From the NCBI GenBank assembly GCA_964016885.1, contig OZ024740.1, positions 303,924,001 through 303,988,000 of the forward strand: DNA of 64,000 nt, in the 5' to 3' direction. Under the pieces are notes generated by a model. It was not told where the DNA came from, did not search any database, and worked only from the letters and a program-made list of their open reading frames with translations. Below, in pieces: positions 38,901 to 51,527 of this stretch (the first letter of the stretch is position 1; each line of letters starts with the position of its first letter). The translations under genes and the position numbers were made by a program. Source of the stretch: Eledone cirrhosa (taxonomy: Eukaryota).

Positions 38901-41770
38901 GGTCCTTGTCTATGGGTTCTATCAAGGTTGGCCATGCAGGTCACTAGTTTGTGATCTGAATAGGCAACCATGAACATTTGTGGACAGCTTAACATGTCCC
39001 TATCCTTATTTCTAACTAGAACCCTATCTAGGTACGATCTAGATGTTCCGCTACGATTACTCCACGTCCACAGTGGCGCAGTCGGAAAATCTAGTCGATA
39101 TCTATCGGCCAGGTCAAATCGGTCGATTAACTGTTTGAGGCTGTTACACCCCCCTTTTTCGGGACATGCTCCCACATAGTCCCAACGTGCATCTAGGATT
39201 CCATTCCAGTCCCCCACTAAAAGCAAGGAGCGGGACGTTCCCAGAAAAGTCTCTAGACGTTTGAAGAAGTCTGGCCGCGGTGTCCCGGATGGGGCATATG
39301 CGGCCACCAGCCTGAAGGCCCCACCTTCACTACCGTCAACGTCTAGGATCACCAGTCGACCCTCCGGGTCCAGATGTACCGTCTGTGTTACGAGGCCCAG
39401 GTGTTTCCGCAGCAAAACGGCAACTCCGCCCCCACCCCCCGGTTGACAGAGAGATGCGTAGATCTCAAAGTCATCGAAGATGGGGGCTAGCTGTCGCTCG
39501 CTGTGGATCCTGGACTCGCAAATGGCTACCACATCCATACTGTGCGACCTGAGGTCGTTTAAGAGTTTGCCCTGTTTCCAGGGCATCCCCAGGCCGCGTA
39601 CGTTCACACATCCAACTCTTATATTGGCCATGTTGGTGCTGAAAAGTTAAAAGAGGAAAAGAGATCACTCACCCTTCGTCTCCTGGGGACCAGGCCGCAC
39701 GATTTCCATGGGGGTGTTGGAGGGGTTGTTTGGATGGGTGGTGGTTTCCGGCGGGGTGGGGACGCAGATGTTTGGTGGGATGGGGTCTGGTGGGATGGGA
39801 GTGTCTGGGGTGGGGAGACATTTGAGAAGAACGCGGTTGAGTGGTTTCACGCAGGAATTCCCCACATCCTTCTCAAATGTTTCTTTTAGGGACCTATAAG
39901 TTTGTATAGGGACCCTAATCAGTTTTAGGTTCAGTTTTTTGCTATTTTTAATAGAGTGGGCGAAAGTTTTCCCTTCGGTTTTCACCGAAGGGTCGTTCGT
40001 GATGGTCTCCATTAGTGTTTTGTTTTCAGTGTTTATGTAAGTGTAAGTGTAATTTTCTTGTGTTGTGTTTGGTTTTTGTCTGTAGTTCTTGTGTGTGCTT
40101 TCGTTTTGTTGTAGGTATTTTGTTTTCAGGAGGTGGGGGTTTTGTTTGTGATGTTTTTGTTGTTTGTGTTGGTGGTTGTATGTTTGTGCTAGTGTTTGCT
40201 GTTTTTTTGCTTTTGTGATGTCTTTTCTTTCTTTTCGAGCGATGGGGGTTCTCCCTCGTCTTCACTGGGTGATGGCGAGCTAGCCTCATCTGTTGTATCG
40301 TCTGTGTGATTGGGGAGGAGTATGTCTTGGGGAGCTGTTGTGTCTGTATGTGATTTTGTAGTGGTTTTAGGTGGAGTGAGGTTGGGTGGGACTGTGTTTG
40401 TTGTGGTTATTTTTGTGTGTTGGTGTTGTTGTTGTGGTGGTGGTGTTGGTGGTTGTGTTGTTTTGATGGGTGTCGGCAGAAGAGCCTTTTTTTATTCATT
40501 AATTTAGGACAGGAAGCCCTCAGGTGACCCCTGCTAAAGCAATGGTAACATGAAGGCCGCCTACTCTCAACCGAAAAGTTTATGTAGGTGAGTCCGTCCA
40601 GGAGTACACGTTGTGGGATCATAGCTATTCGCTCTGGGCTCATTTGCACCAGAACTTCAATGCTAGTCCCATTGAATACATCTCTGGGGGACTTTCCTAC
40701 TGACAGTATTCTGTCTTCATCAAAATTGATGAAGCCGCACAGTATCCACCATATGTTCACCTTTGGTGTGACACTCGTGATTCTGATCTTTTGTGTCCTT
40801 TTTCCCATGTATGTAGGGAAAAAGTTGTACAGGTTGGATACAATTGGCGACACAGAGTAATTTTGGGCCGTCAATTGATCCTTCATGAGTACCGAAATAC
40901 TCCCAAAAAGTTTGCTTCTTTGAATGAATGAAATATCATTCATTGAATTTTTGAAAACCAGTTCAATTTCTTTCTGTGACAATTGGACTGGTTTTCGGGT
41001 AGAATTGGAAACTGTCCTAAAAACTATCGTTTTGAGAGCAGTTTCCTTGCGAATTTCTACCAGAGAATTGATGCTGAAAGCACCATTTTTTTCGAAAGTG
41101 ACATATCTCCTAGCGTCCTTTAAAAGCTGTTCAGCATTTGTTATGTCGAGATATATTAATTCCTCCTTTTTTTTAACTTTCTCTGCAAAGGAGATTTTTG
41201 GTTTCTTTGTGGAATCCGTGTTGTTGGTGTTGTCATTATTGTTGTTATTGTTGTTGTTATTCTTGTTGTCACCGATGTTGGTATTATTCGTATTTTCCTT
41301 GGTGTTGTTGTCTTTATTTTTTTCTTTGTTGTTGTTATCATTGTTGCTTTTATCATCATTATTGGTGTTGCTGTTATTTTTGTTGTCATTGAATTGTTTG
41401 ATGTCATTTGTGTTGTTTGGATATGAATTCGTTTTTACATTTTCATTTCGTCTTTCCATCTCTATAGTATCTAGTGAAGAAGACATTGTTGACTGCGAGC
41501 TTTGTAGTCTTACCGCCTCTCCACCACCATTATCGTTGGACGCAGCGTTCATAACGTAATCAAAATTTTACAATATTTTTTCCAAGATTCCATGGAGAAA
41601 AAATTTTTAAAATGGATATTCCGCCCCTGTAGGGGCGAAAATGAGTTGACCCACCACCTGAAAGTCCAGATGGGGGGTCAAGTTACACAATGATATAAAA
41701 TTTAACTAAAAACTCACGTTTTTTTCTTACATAAATTAACGGAAACTTCTCCGCGAAGTTACACACGTCT
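35985..41770 (-). mobile_element. Near full-length Tx1/L1-clade LINE (ORF1 and ORF2, frameshifted)
   Basis: ORF1 40407-41552 with Asn-rich N-terminus and CCHC knuckle CYHCFSRGHLRASC; ORF2 APE 38279-39631 (NVRGL, GDWN, YLDR, SDHK), RT 37230-38450 (KSPGLDG, DQSKAFDRV, RQGCPLS, YADD), C-terminal CPRC..ETVAHAFIHC; AATAAA at 3' end. Confidence 0.93.
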
Positions 41771-41789
41771 GATAAATAGATAGATAGAT

Positions 41790-43735
41790 TTCTTTATTTA
41801 CCATAAAGGCATAAAAAGAAGGGACAAATACAAAGGGGGAGTTTACATATAATTGAGTAAAAAGGGTGTAACATGAAAATAATCGAAAATAACCTCAAAA
41901 GGGAGGGGACGTGATGGGGATTGCACACACCCCCGAAAAAGTGTGCAATCCTTTGCCCGGGGAGCACATGGAGAAGGTGCTCCCCTCTCCTTTACTTCTT
42001 TACCTACAGGATGGTATACAGAGAAGGCCCATTTACACGAGCCATTCTCGCCACTATCACCCACCTTTCATAAAACTGCCTGTGGCCAAGCACCTCTCTC
42101 TCCATTCTTATCCTTCTTCCGAAGTGATATCGGAAGAAGTAGACCAGACTATGGCCAGAGAGGAAGTTGCCTGACCTCAGACCTTTCAATCGTGTCCACC
42201 AAACAACCTCTTTCAACATGGCTATTACGCACAGAAAAACCGCCTTTGCTTCCTTTGTGAAGAGGGGAGGCGGTTTGATTGTCATCACGGACTCGGCGGT
42301 CAATTTAATCGGCGCCACCCGCGACAGCAGTTGTTCGGCGTAGCCCCACAGATCAGCCACGCCCGGACATTGCACCAATGCGTGCGCTACGGTTTCTTCG
42401 TGACGCACGCATCTAGGGCAAATCTTTTTTGAGGGATCCCTGCCCGGGCGCCCGTGTCTGTAGAGCCTCTCTCGAACGGGTAGAGCCCCTCGGTAGCACT
42501 GCCAGGCCAGTGACTTCTGGAAGTTGTCCATTGGTCCTGGGCCGAAAGTCCTACCGAACAGGCTGGCCAGTTCGTCTTCCTCCATGTCCAGCGACTCTCC
42601 AAGGGTGTCATCGCCCCTGCTAGCCACCAGCCCTCTATAGAATGATGAGGTGGATTCTCCACCGATGGCCCGGCCCGCTTGCCAGAGAGCCCTGAGCGCC
42701 TGAGCACACTCAGTGTGCCAGTCTCCCAGTTTTCCGGATCTTTGCTTGACCCAGGACTGTAGCTCGGTGAGTGAGACGAGTCTCGGAAAGGCTCGTTTCA
42801 CGAACGGAGCCCACACCGGTTGACCAGTGAGGAATACCTGTAGGTGCCGTAGCCTTAATGCGTGCCTACGCATCATCAACCACGGCATCCCCAGCCCTCC
42901 TTTCGAAGGTTGTTGGCAGCAGATGGATCTTCTCACCATAGGAGGACGCTTCTTCCAAAGAAATTGGAAGAGCATGCGTTCCATGGTGGTGAGTGTTTCC
43001 TTAGGGCAAGGCACGACAGTCAGGCGGTAGTAAGTGACGGACGCTATGTAAATGTTCGCCACCTCCGCCCGGCCTTTTAGGGACAGCTTACACTTGGCAC
43101 ATTTCTGGGTTAGTGCAAACACCTTGTTCGTAACCTCGTTCCAGTTCTTTTCCACCTGGAGGTCCGGTCCAAACCAGACCCCAAGCAACTTTACCGGGCC
43201 CTCCGTCCAGTGTCCGACGACACCGTCAGGAGGCATCGGTTTGCCTCTCCACGTTCCGAGTTGCAGCCCGATGGATTTTTCCCGGTTCAGTTTCGCTCCT
43301 GACAACCTTTCGTACTCCTCCAGTAAGGTACCGATCGCCTCGATCTCCGAGTCGGTTGATACCATTACTGTTACGTCATCGGCGTAGGCCGACACCGCTT
43401 TGCTCAATCCTGGTTCCAGAGGGATACCCTGCAACAACTCCAACTTCCTCAGTAAAGGCTCGAGAGTCAATACGTACAGAAGGGAGGAGAGAGGGCACCC
43501 CTGTCGAATGGATCGTGTGATTTCGAACGGCTTCGAAAGGTAGCCGTTCACCTTGATCCTAGAACAGATGTGGTTGCTATGTAGGGCAGTGATCCAGCCT
43601 CTGAAAACAGGACCGAACCCAGCCGCCGCTAGCACCGCATCCAGGTAACCATGGTCGACCCTATCGAAGGCCTTAGACTGATCCAAGTTGATCAGGGCCC
43701 CACCGAAGCCGGGTTTGTTGCCAACCCTCTCTAAC
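41790..43735 (-). mobile_element. 5'-truncated Tx1-clade LINE of a related subfamily with intact reading frame
   Basis: ORF 42004-43782 with RT and C-terminal zinc motif; 18-bp TSD ATAAATAGATAGATAGAT at 41772-41789 and 43736-43753. Confidence 0.93.
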
Positions 43736-43819
43736 ATAAATAGATAGATAGATAGATAGACGTGTACCAAACACACACACATTTCTTACTCTCTCTGTCC
43801 CTCCCTCTTTCTCTCTTCA

Positions 43820-44372
<553 letters not shown>

Positions 44373-44430
44373 TACCCACTCTACTACCCTAAGTATTGAG
44401 TACTTTGGTGCGTTATGGTCCACCTGGTTC

Positions 44431-44588
<158 letters not shown>

Positions 44589-45359
44589 AGCGTTGTTGAA
44601 AAGAGCTGTGGCCTTTGACCTGGCAATAAAAAACTGTAGACAAAATTCTTTCTGTACCAAGGCACACACACACACAAGTTTGTGTGTGTGTATGTATATA
44701 TATATATATATATGCGTGTGTGTATGTATATATATATGTGTGTGTGTGTATGTGTGTGTCTATCTATGTTTATATATAAGGGATAAAAATATTGCTTTCT
44801 CAGTCACCAAGCTTCTCAATTCATTCCTTACTACTTATTTTGCTACGAGGTATATTATTTTGCAAGGTCCTATTTTTCCCCTGAGTTTGTAATTTCAGAG
44901 AAAGGTAAGAAATTCTTCATATTTTGCATCTTTTGTATTTTGACTTTGCAGTTTCAATTGTCTATCCACTCAAAATATTACAACAGCTAACAGTGAAATA
45001 TAGAATTTAAAAAAAAAGAAGCTTTTTCGACTGAGATCAAATGTTTTTTTTTTATTTCAAAAATAAATAATTTGAAATAGCTTGCTTTTGTTTTGAACTG
45101 AAACTTTTTTGTATTTAAATCATACGAGTATTATTTAAAGAATAGAATTTGATTTGGCCCAGTAATCTACTGATATCAAAATCAGTAGTATATTGAAAAA
45201 TGGAAAAATAGGGTAGGGGGGCGTTTCGTGATTTCGAGGGGCAAAAGGGGGCGTTTGGCCCAAATGGGTTGAGAACCTTTGCTCTACAGTATATTGCTAA
45301 GCACAGTTCATTCTCTTCAAATCCACTTCCATGTCACATTGCTTGTTTCCCCAACTTTC

Positions 45360-45799
45360 AGAAAAAGTTTTAGGGAATTTTTTTGAATTTTCAAAAAATT
45401 ACAGAAAATTTTGCAAGAAATTTTGGTGAAATATTTTCGAAAACATTTTGATAAAACTTTAAGGAAAATGTTTGAGGAAACTTTTGATGAAATATTTGGG
45501 AAAAGTTTCGAAAAATCTTTAAAAAAAGTTTTTAAAATTTGCAGAAAATTTTTAGAGAAATTTTAGTGAAATTTTATGAAGACATTTTGATAAAACTTTA
45601 ATGAAAATTTCGAGGAAGAATTTTGAGAAAAATTTTGATGAATGTTTTGGGAAAAGTTTCGAAAAATCTTTCGAGAAATCTTAAAGATTTTAAAATTTGC
45701 AGAAAATTTTTCGAGAAATTTTGGTGAAATATTTTCAAAAACACCTAATTTCTAATTTGTCAGGTCTCATGAAAAATAACACAGATTATGATGATGATG

Positions 45800-45873
<74 letters not shown>

Positions 45874-46590
45874 GAGGGGAACGATGATGAGACGAAAAGT
45901 TTTGAAAATGTTTTTTAAGTTTTCATAAAATTGTAGAAAATTTTGCGAGAAATTTTGGTGAAAATTTTTTGAATTTTTTCGAAAACATTTTGATAAAACT
46001 TTAAAGATTTTTTTGAGAAAACTTTTCAAAAAAATTTTGATGACATCTTTTGGAAAAGTTTCGAATTATTTTGAGAGAAATTTTTTTTTTTATTTTTTAA
46101 AAAGTTACAGAAACTTTTGCAAGAAATATTGGTGAAATCTTTTCAAAAATATTTTCATAAAACTTGAAAGCAAATTTCGAGTAAATTTTTGAGAAAACTT
46201 TTCAATAAAATTTTGATGAAATACATGGAAAACTTTTCAAAAACTTTTGAGCGAAATCTTTAAAAAAGTTTTGAAAACATTGCAGAAAATTTTGCGACAA
46301 ATTTTGGTGAAATTTTTTGAAAACAGATTGATAAAATTTTTGGGAAAAGTTTTCAAAATATTTTGAGAGAAATGATTCAAAAAGTTTTCAAAACATTGCA
46401 TGAAATTTTTTTGAAAACTTCGGTGAAATTTTTTTCGAAAACTTTCTGATAAAACTTTTCAGAAAATTTTGATGAAATTTTTGGGGAAAGTTTTGAAAAC
46501 TTTTGAGAGAAATGTTTTAAAAAGTTTTCAAAATCTTGCAGAAAATATTCCGAGAAATTTTGGTGAAATTCTTTGGAAAATATTTTGCGC
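45360..46590. repeat. Degenerate A/T-tract satellite with ~12-bp subunits, interrupted by (GAT)n/(ATT)n at 45790-45872
   Basis: Recurrent GAAAATTTT..GAAATTTTGGTGAAA..TTTTCGAAAACATTTTGATAAAACTTT blocks. Confidence 0.8.
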
Positions 46591-46869
46591 TCTGCACTCT
46601 GTATAATGATAGTGCTGGTGCCACAACAAAAAGCATTCGGTCCACCCTGTAAGCTAGTCATACTGGTGCCATACAAAAAAAAACCAGTCAAGCCTGCACG
46701 GTGGTAGCACTGGTGCCAGGAAAAAGCTCTTGGTACATGCTGTAATGTGATGGGCATTAGGAAGGACCTCCAATCATAGAAAGTGAATCCCAAATCAAAT
46801 TGTATGAGCAAGATGTGGTCACCTAATTTGTCAGGTCTCATGAAAAATAGACATTAAACACTGTCGAGG

Positions 46870-48620
46870 ATGATGATGATGATGCATATTAACATCATCT
46901 TTATGTCGGTTTTTCCATGCTCATATGAGTTAGATAAGTCTTCTCCATTACAGCATCTCTACACTAGTTTCTCTCGTTTGTTAGGTATAGTTTCTTGATA
47001 TCAGCTTTAACCACCTCTTCCTTCATCTTTCTTGATCTTCCTCTTCCATGATTTTCCTCCACTTGGAATTCCTGGCATTTCTTCACTCTACAATCATCTC
47101 CATACACATTACATGTCTGTACCAGCGCAGCCTTCTTTCCTGCACACTACATCTGATTCCTCTTATGCCCAGTTTTTCTCTCAGTTCATCTGTGCATTGT
47201 TGTTTACACATACTAACATTACACAACCAAAGGACCATATTTGATTCTTTTCCCTCAAGCTTTTTCATATCCTCTGCATTCAATGCTCACGTCTCACTAA
47301 CATGCAACATATACTTTACACACAGGCATCATCCAATTTATTCAGAGAGAAAATCCCTTTGTTGCCAATAAAGTTAGTAGATCCCTAAACATTTCCTATC
47401 CTGTTCCAATTCTAGCTACTCCGCTTTTGGAGAAACCCCTTCCACTGCTAATTAGATCATTCACTTTCATGGGACTTTCTCAGCATTAAAAAAAGTTTAT
47501 TTCACTGGTGCTCTCACTACTAACTAAGCCTGGACATCTGCCATATGTAATGCTTACTCTCTCTGTTAACCTGCCTGTGATTTCACTATGTCTCTTGTGT
47601 ATCCATATTTTATATTGACTACACTGCATAATATTCTTGCCTATTCCTTTTCTGAATATCAAACATGGCTATTTCCCTGATGGCAATAGGCTCTTGTATT
47701 CTTTCCTACTTACTTTGAGTTTACTCTGAGCCTTTTTGATTCTAGGATTTGTTTCTCCTTTTCAATGGAATTTCTTCTCTCTATCTTTCACAGATTCAGC
47801 TACAAGATCTAGGTCATCATTCTCCAGAAGTTCCGAAGGACAATTGGTCTTAAACTTCTCTGTAATGTCCAGGAGCACTATAATAAACTGATGGGATGAA
47901 AGACCAAGCCTTGATGCACACCTACTTGCACACTAAATTCTTCACTGAACACATTGCCAACTCTAACTTTACCTACATCTATGTACATGGCTTGTATTGC
48001 TCTCACAAGCTAGTCATCTATGTAAACAGCTTGTACTACTCTCACAAGCTAGTCATCTATGCCTAGTTTTCTTAAATTCTACCAAAGAAAACAACATTGC
48101 ATTCTATCAAAGTCTTTTTTCAAATCAATAAATAATTTCTACAGGGGCTTCCTTTTGGCTAGGAACTTTTCTTGCAGTTCACTCACTGAGAAAAGGTCAT
48201 TGGTTGTACTGCCATAGCACAAAAATACAAACATCTAATCTAATCTAATTCTCTTCTAAATTAGTTGTCCTAGAACTCTATCCATTACTTTCATAATGTA
48301 GTCCATCAGATTGATGCTTCTGTAATTGCTCCTTTCTAGAGCTATCTTTTATCTTCGTAGCAGTTAATTAGGATGCTGCTACTCTAATCACCAGGTATGA
48401 TACCATCACTTATTCCTGGTTGATTATGTAAAATACTATCTTAAGCCCTACTTCACCAGATTTTCAGCATCTCTGTGACTATCCCAGATGGCCCAGCTGC
48501 TTTGACCTTAATAGCTGGTCCCTTTGTTGTTTCTACTGGGGTCATTCCCCCCTCCTTCCTTGCATTCTCCATATTTATTAACCTCTTGATAATATTTCTA
48601 TACCCTTTTCCTTTGCCACC
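46870..48620 (-). mobile_element. Old decayed RTE LINE
   Basis: ELREKLGIRGIRCSVQERRLRWY at 47083-47283 plus RT-like remnants colinear with the 31-33 kb copy. Confidence 0.75.
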
Positions 48621-49027
48621 AACCATGTTATAGCATGGACTAGGTGCATTTTATTATACCATCAATGTTAAAGAGATTGTCAGTATTTAAGTGTACCCCT
48701 TTACACTGTATCGGTTTTTATTCAGAATTACTATTCTCCTAGATAATTTGCCTTCACTACAACTTAGATGTCTCCTCCATGCAAGTATTTATTTGGAATT
48801 ACTATTCTCGTAGATAAGTTGCCTTCACTCAGCTTAGAGAGCAATGTCTCCCCCATCCAATCAGATTTCATTTGTCAATTTATTCAGACACTGAGTCAGC
48901 TGTCATACTGTTACTGGATTCTTTCTTACGCAGGTACAATGTTTTCTTCACTTATTTAAAATTATTTTTGCTATAACAATATTGTCTTCATTCATTTAAA
49001 ATGTTTGGGTATTATTATCATATATAT

Positions 49028-49220
49028 TGAGCGGTGGATTGGCAGTATCGGTAGAAGGTCGGACGCCATGCTTTGCAGTACAGTTACGTCCCTTTACGGA
49101 CTGAGTTCAAATCCAGCCGAGGTTAACTTTGCCTTTCATCCTGACGGGGTCGATAAAATAAAGTACCAGTAATACACTGAGATAATTGCTAACCTTGTGC
49201 CAAAAAGTAGAAACAATTAT
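49028..49220 (+). mobile_element. Second tRNA-derived SINE family (other copies near 3011, 18480, 27085, 35670)
   Basis: GTTCAAATCC B box then AACTTTGCCTTTCATCC..GGGGTCGATAAAATAAAGTACCAG core recurring in the window. Confidence 0.75.
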
Positions 49221-49511
49221 ATATATTGATATCAGTCATTTGTAAAACTGGAAAGTTAAAGCTGGCGAAACTAAAAGGAAAAGCTAAAATTTCCAAAATT
49301 TAAAACGTTACGTTATATTCCAAGAAAAGAAATTATCATCAGCGACTTATTTAATTGCTGTTCTAATCAATTTGAAAACAAGTCGTGACTTTGTTCGTTC
49401 GTTGTGAAGTTTATCATCCAACTAACAACGTATGTCCATCCATATTTAAATTACAACTTATATTTTCTTCCATAATTTTTATGACGCAGGCGTACTCAAA
49501 CGTTGCAATTA

Positions 49512-49524
49512 TCTCCTCCTTTTC
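49512..49524 (+). promoter_or_regulatory. Candidate TCT/5'TOP-like pyrimidine tract upstream of the host gene
   Basis: TCTCCTCCTTTTC about 115 nt before the ATG in a locally CpG-richer stretch; TSS not determinable from sequence. Confidence 0.3.
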
Positions 49525-49637
49525 AACCGTGGCTCTCCGATACGTTTAACTTATCCTCTTAGAGTCCCACAAACTTCGCAATTTATTTGCTGTACCTCTT
49601 AAAAGAATACCAACTGTTGTGATACTGATAAATAATT

Positions 49638-51494
49638 ATGGCACGCAGAAAGATTAAACATGTTTATAAACCGTAAGTTGGTTGTAAATCGTATAATTTT
49701 AATACTTTATTTTACAACATGGTGGCCATGTCTGAAGTAGCACATGTCTTCATCATTTTCTCATTCACTCCCTTTTAGCTCACATTATCTTCACTTTTAC
49801 TTTTTTTATTTACTCAAAATCCTATTTCAATCTTCCTTAACGAAGAAAGATTTTCTTTATTATTGAATTTCATCATACTAATAACATTCGACAAAGTTAT
49901 GGTTATTTCGTAAGATTTTTAAAATAATCATAATTGTTTTTCATGGTAATTATAATTGCTATATTATAAAGAAATATTCTCTACTATAATTTTCTCAATG
50001 CTTTACCACTATAAAGTGTTTCTTTCATGTGTCGAATTAATGTTATTAAAAAATAGCATTGTAGTTTTAAGAAATCTGTTCTTAAGAAATTGTGTCACGT
50101 GTCAATATTGCGAGACAAAATTTAGAAAATTTCAAACTATTAATAGTAATTTCTTTTATTTCACTGGAAGTTTCATATATTTAACTCACAATCTGTGTCG
50201 ATGCTTTTAAACAAACAATCAGATCCATACTACTTGTCTGCGACAAGCATTTCGCGAATCCTTACTATAATAAATAGTTTATCCATAGAAAATGATAAAA
50301 CTAGACGAAGATAAAATGCAGATTACTAAGTCAGGCCGTAATGAATTTTGTACTTAACTGACTTGTGTGTTTTATCTATGTCCACCCTGAAGAAATTTAA
50401 CTCCCTGTATATATATTTATTTTTTATGAGAATAAGTTTGTTTTTTACATATCAATTTTTTTATTTCAATTTATTCGCTCCTTGATTTGATCTTTCGCTA
50501 ATCTACAATGAAAATGCTATCCGATTTTTTTTTTTTTTGCGACAGATCGTAAGATTGTCAACTGCGCAAACCTTTTGGAGCTATTTCTAATAAGTTCAAT
50601 TTAATCTGATGAAAGAGGGAATTAGTACTAACTGTTGTTGATCTAGGCATCTTTATGTATCTTTGGGGTTAAGGTGACGGATCATAAGGTAGTGCATTTG
50701 ATTTTTGGGCGGTGCGTTGTCTTGAAAAGGCAATGTATTTTACGTTACTTTTTACGATCGAACTGGGGTACCCTTTCATTAAAACAAATACCTAAGAAAA
50801 CTGCAACTTCTTTGGAGGCCAGCTGAACTTACATAGGTGTGAGCTGAACATTTTTATTTTTTTTCGTCTCTTAAATGGTAAATATTTTATCCTTTAAAAC
50901 TGAATATCTAAATTCTCAGAAATATTTCGGCAAAGTATTGCAATCTTATCCCAAGTTAGTTTGATTAGTTGAATACAGCCAGTACTTTCTCGTTAGCTTT
51001 TAAATTTCATCTTAATGTTTTACTAACTTTTGAAGCATAAGAATTTTTGGGAGATTTATACAACACCCCTCTCGATTTCGGTGGGAAATATTTTTCCTGT
51101 TTATTTTCGTGTGCTATCAACTAATCTGACTCGGAACGTGCCCCAAGTGACTTTTTTCCCGGGAAGCGGGGATGGGGGGAGCCCCCGAACTTGCTCTGCC
51201 CGGAGTTTTCTTTACCATTTTTTTTTTCGTATGTTATCAACAAATCTGACCTCCAAATCCACTCGGAAGTGAAGAAAATTAAGAGGGAAGACCCTCGGAG
51301 TTTCCCAGACATACACCCCTCTCGGGTTGGATAAGAAATATGTATTTCTTTCATAGTTTTTTTCGCGTATTATCGACGAATCTGACCTCCAAACACGCAC
51401 TCTAACCCATAGAAATAGCCTTAACGCTAACACCCACCCTAACTCTCTTCTGACATTTGATATGAGGTACAGTTAACTAAAAAACGAATATAAT

Positions 51495-51527
<33 letters not shown>

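Noticed and set aside
40924-41559. 211-aa hydrophobic ORF resembling a membrane protein
   Set aside because: Antisense shadow of the Asn/Lys-rich Tx1 ORF1.
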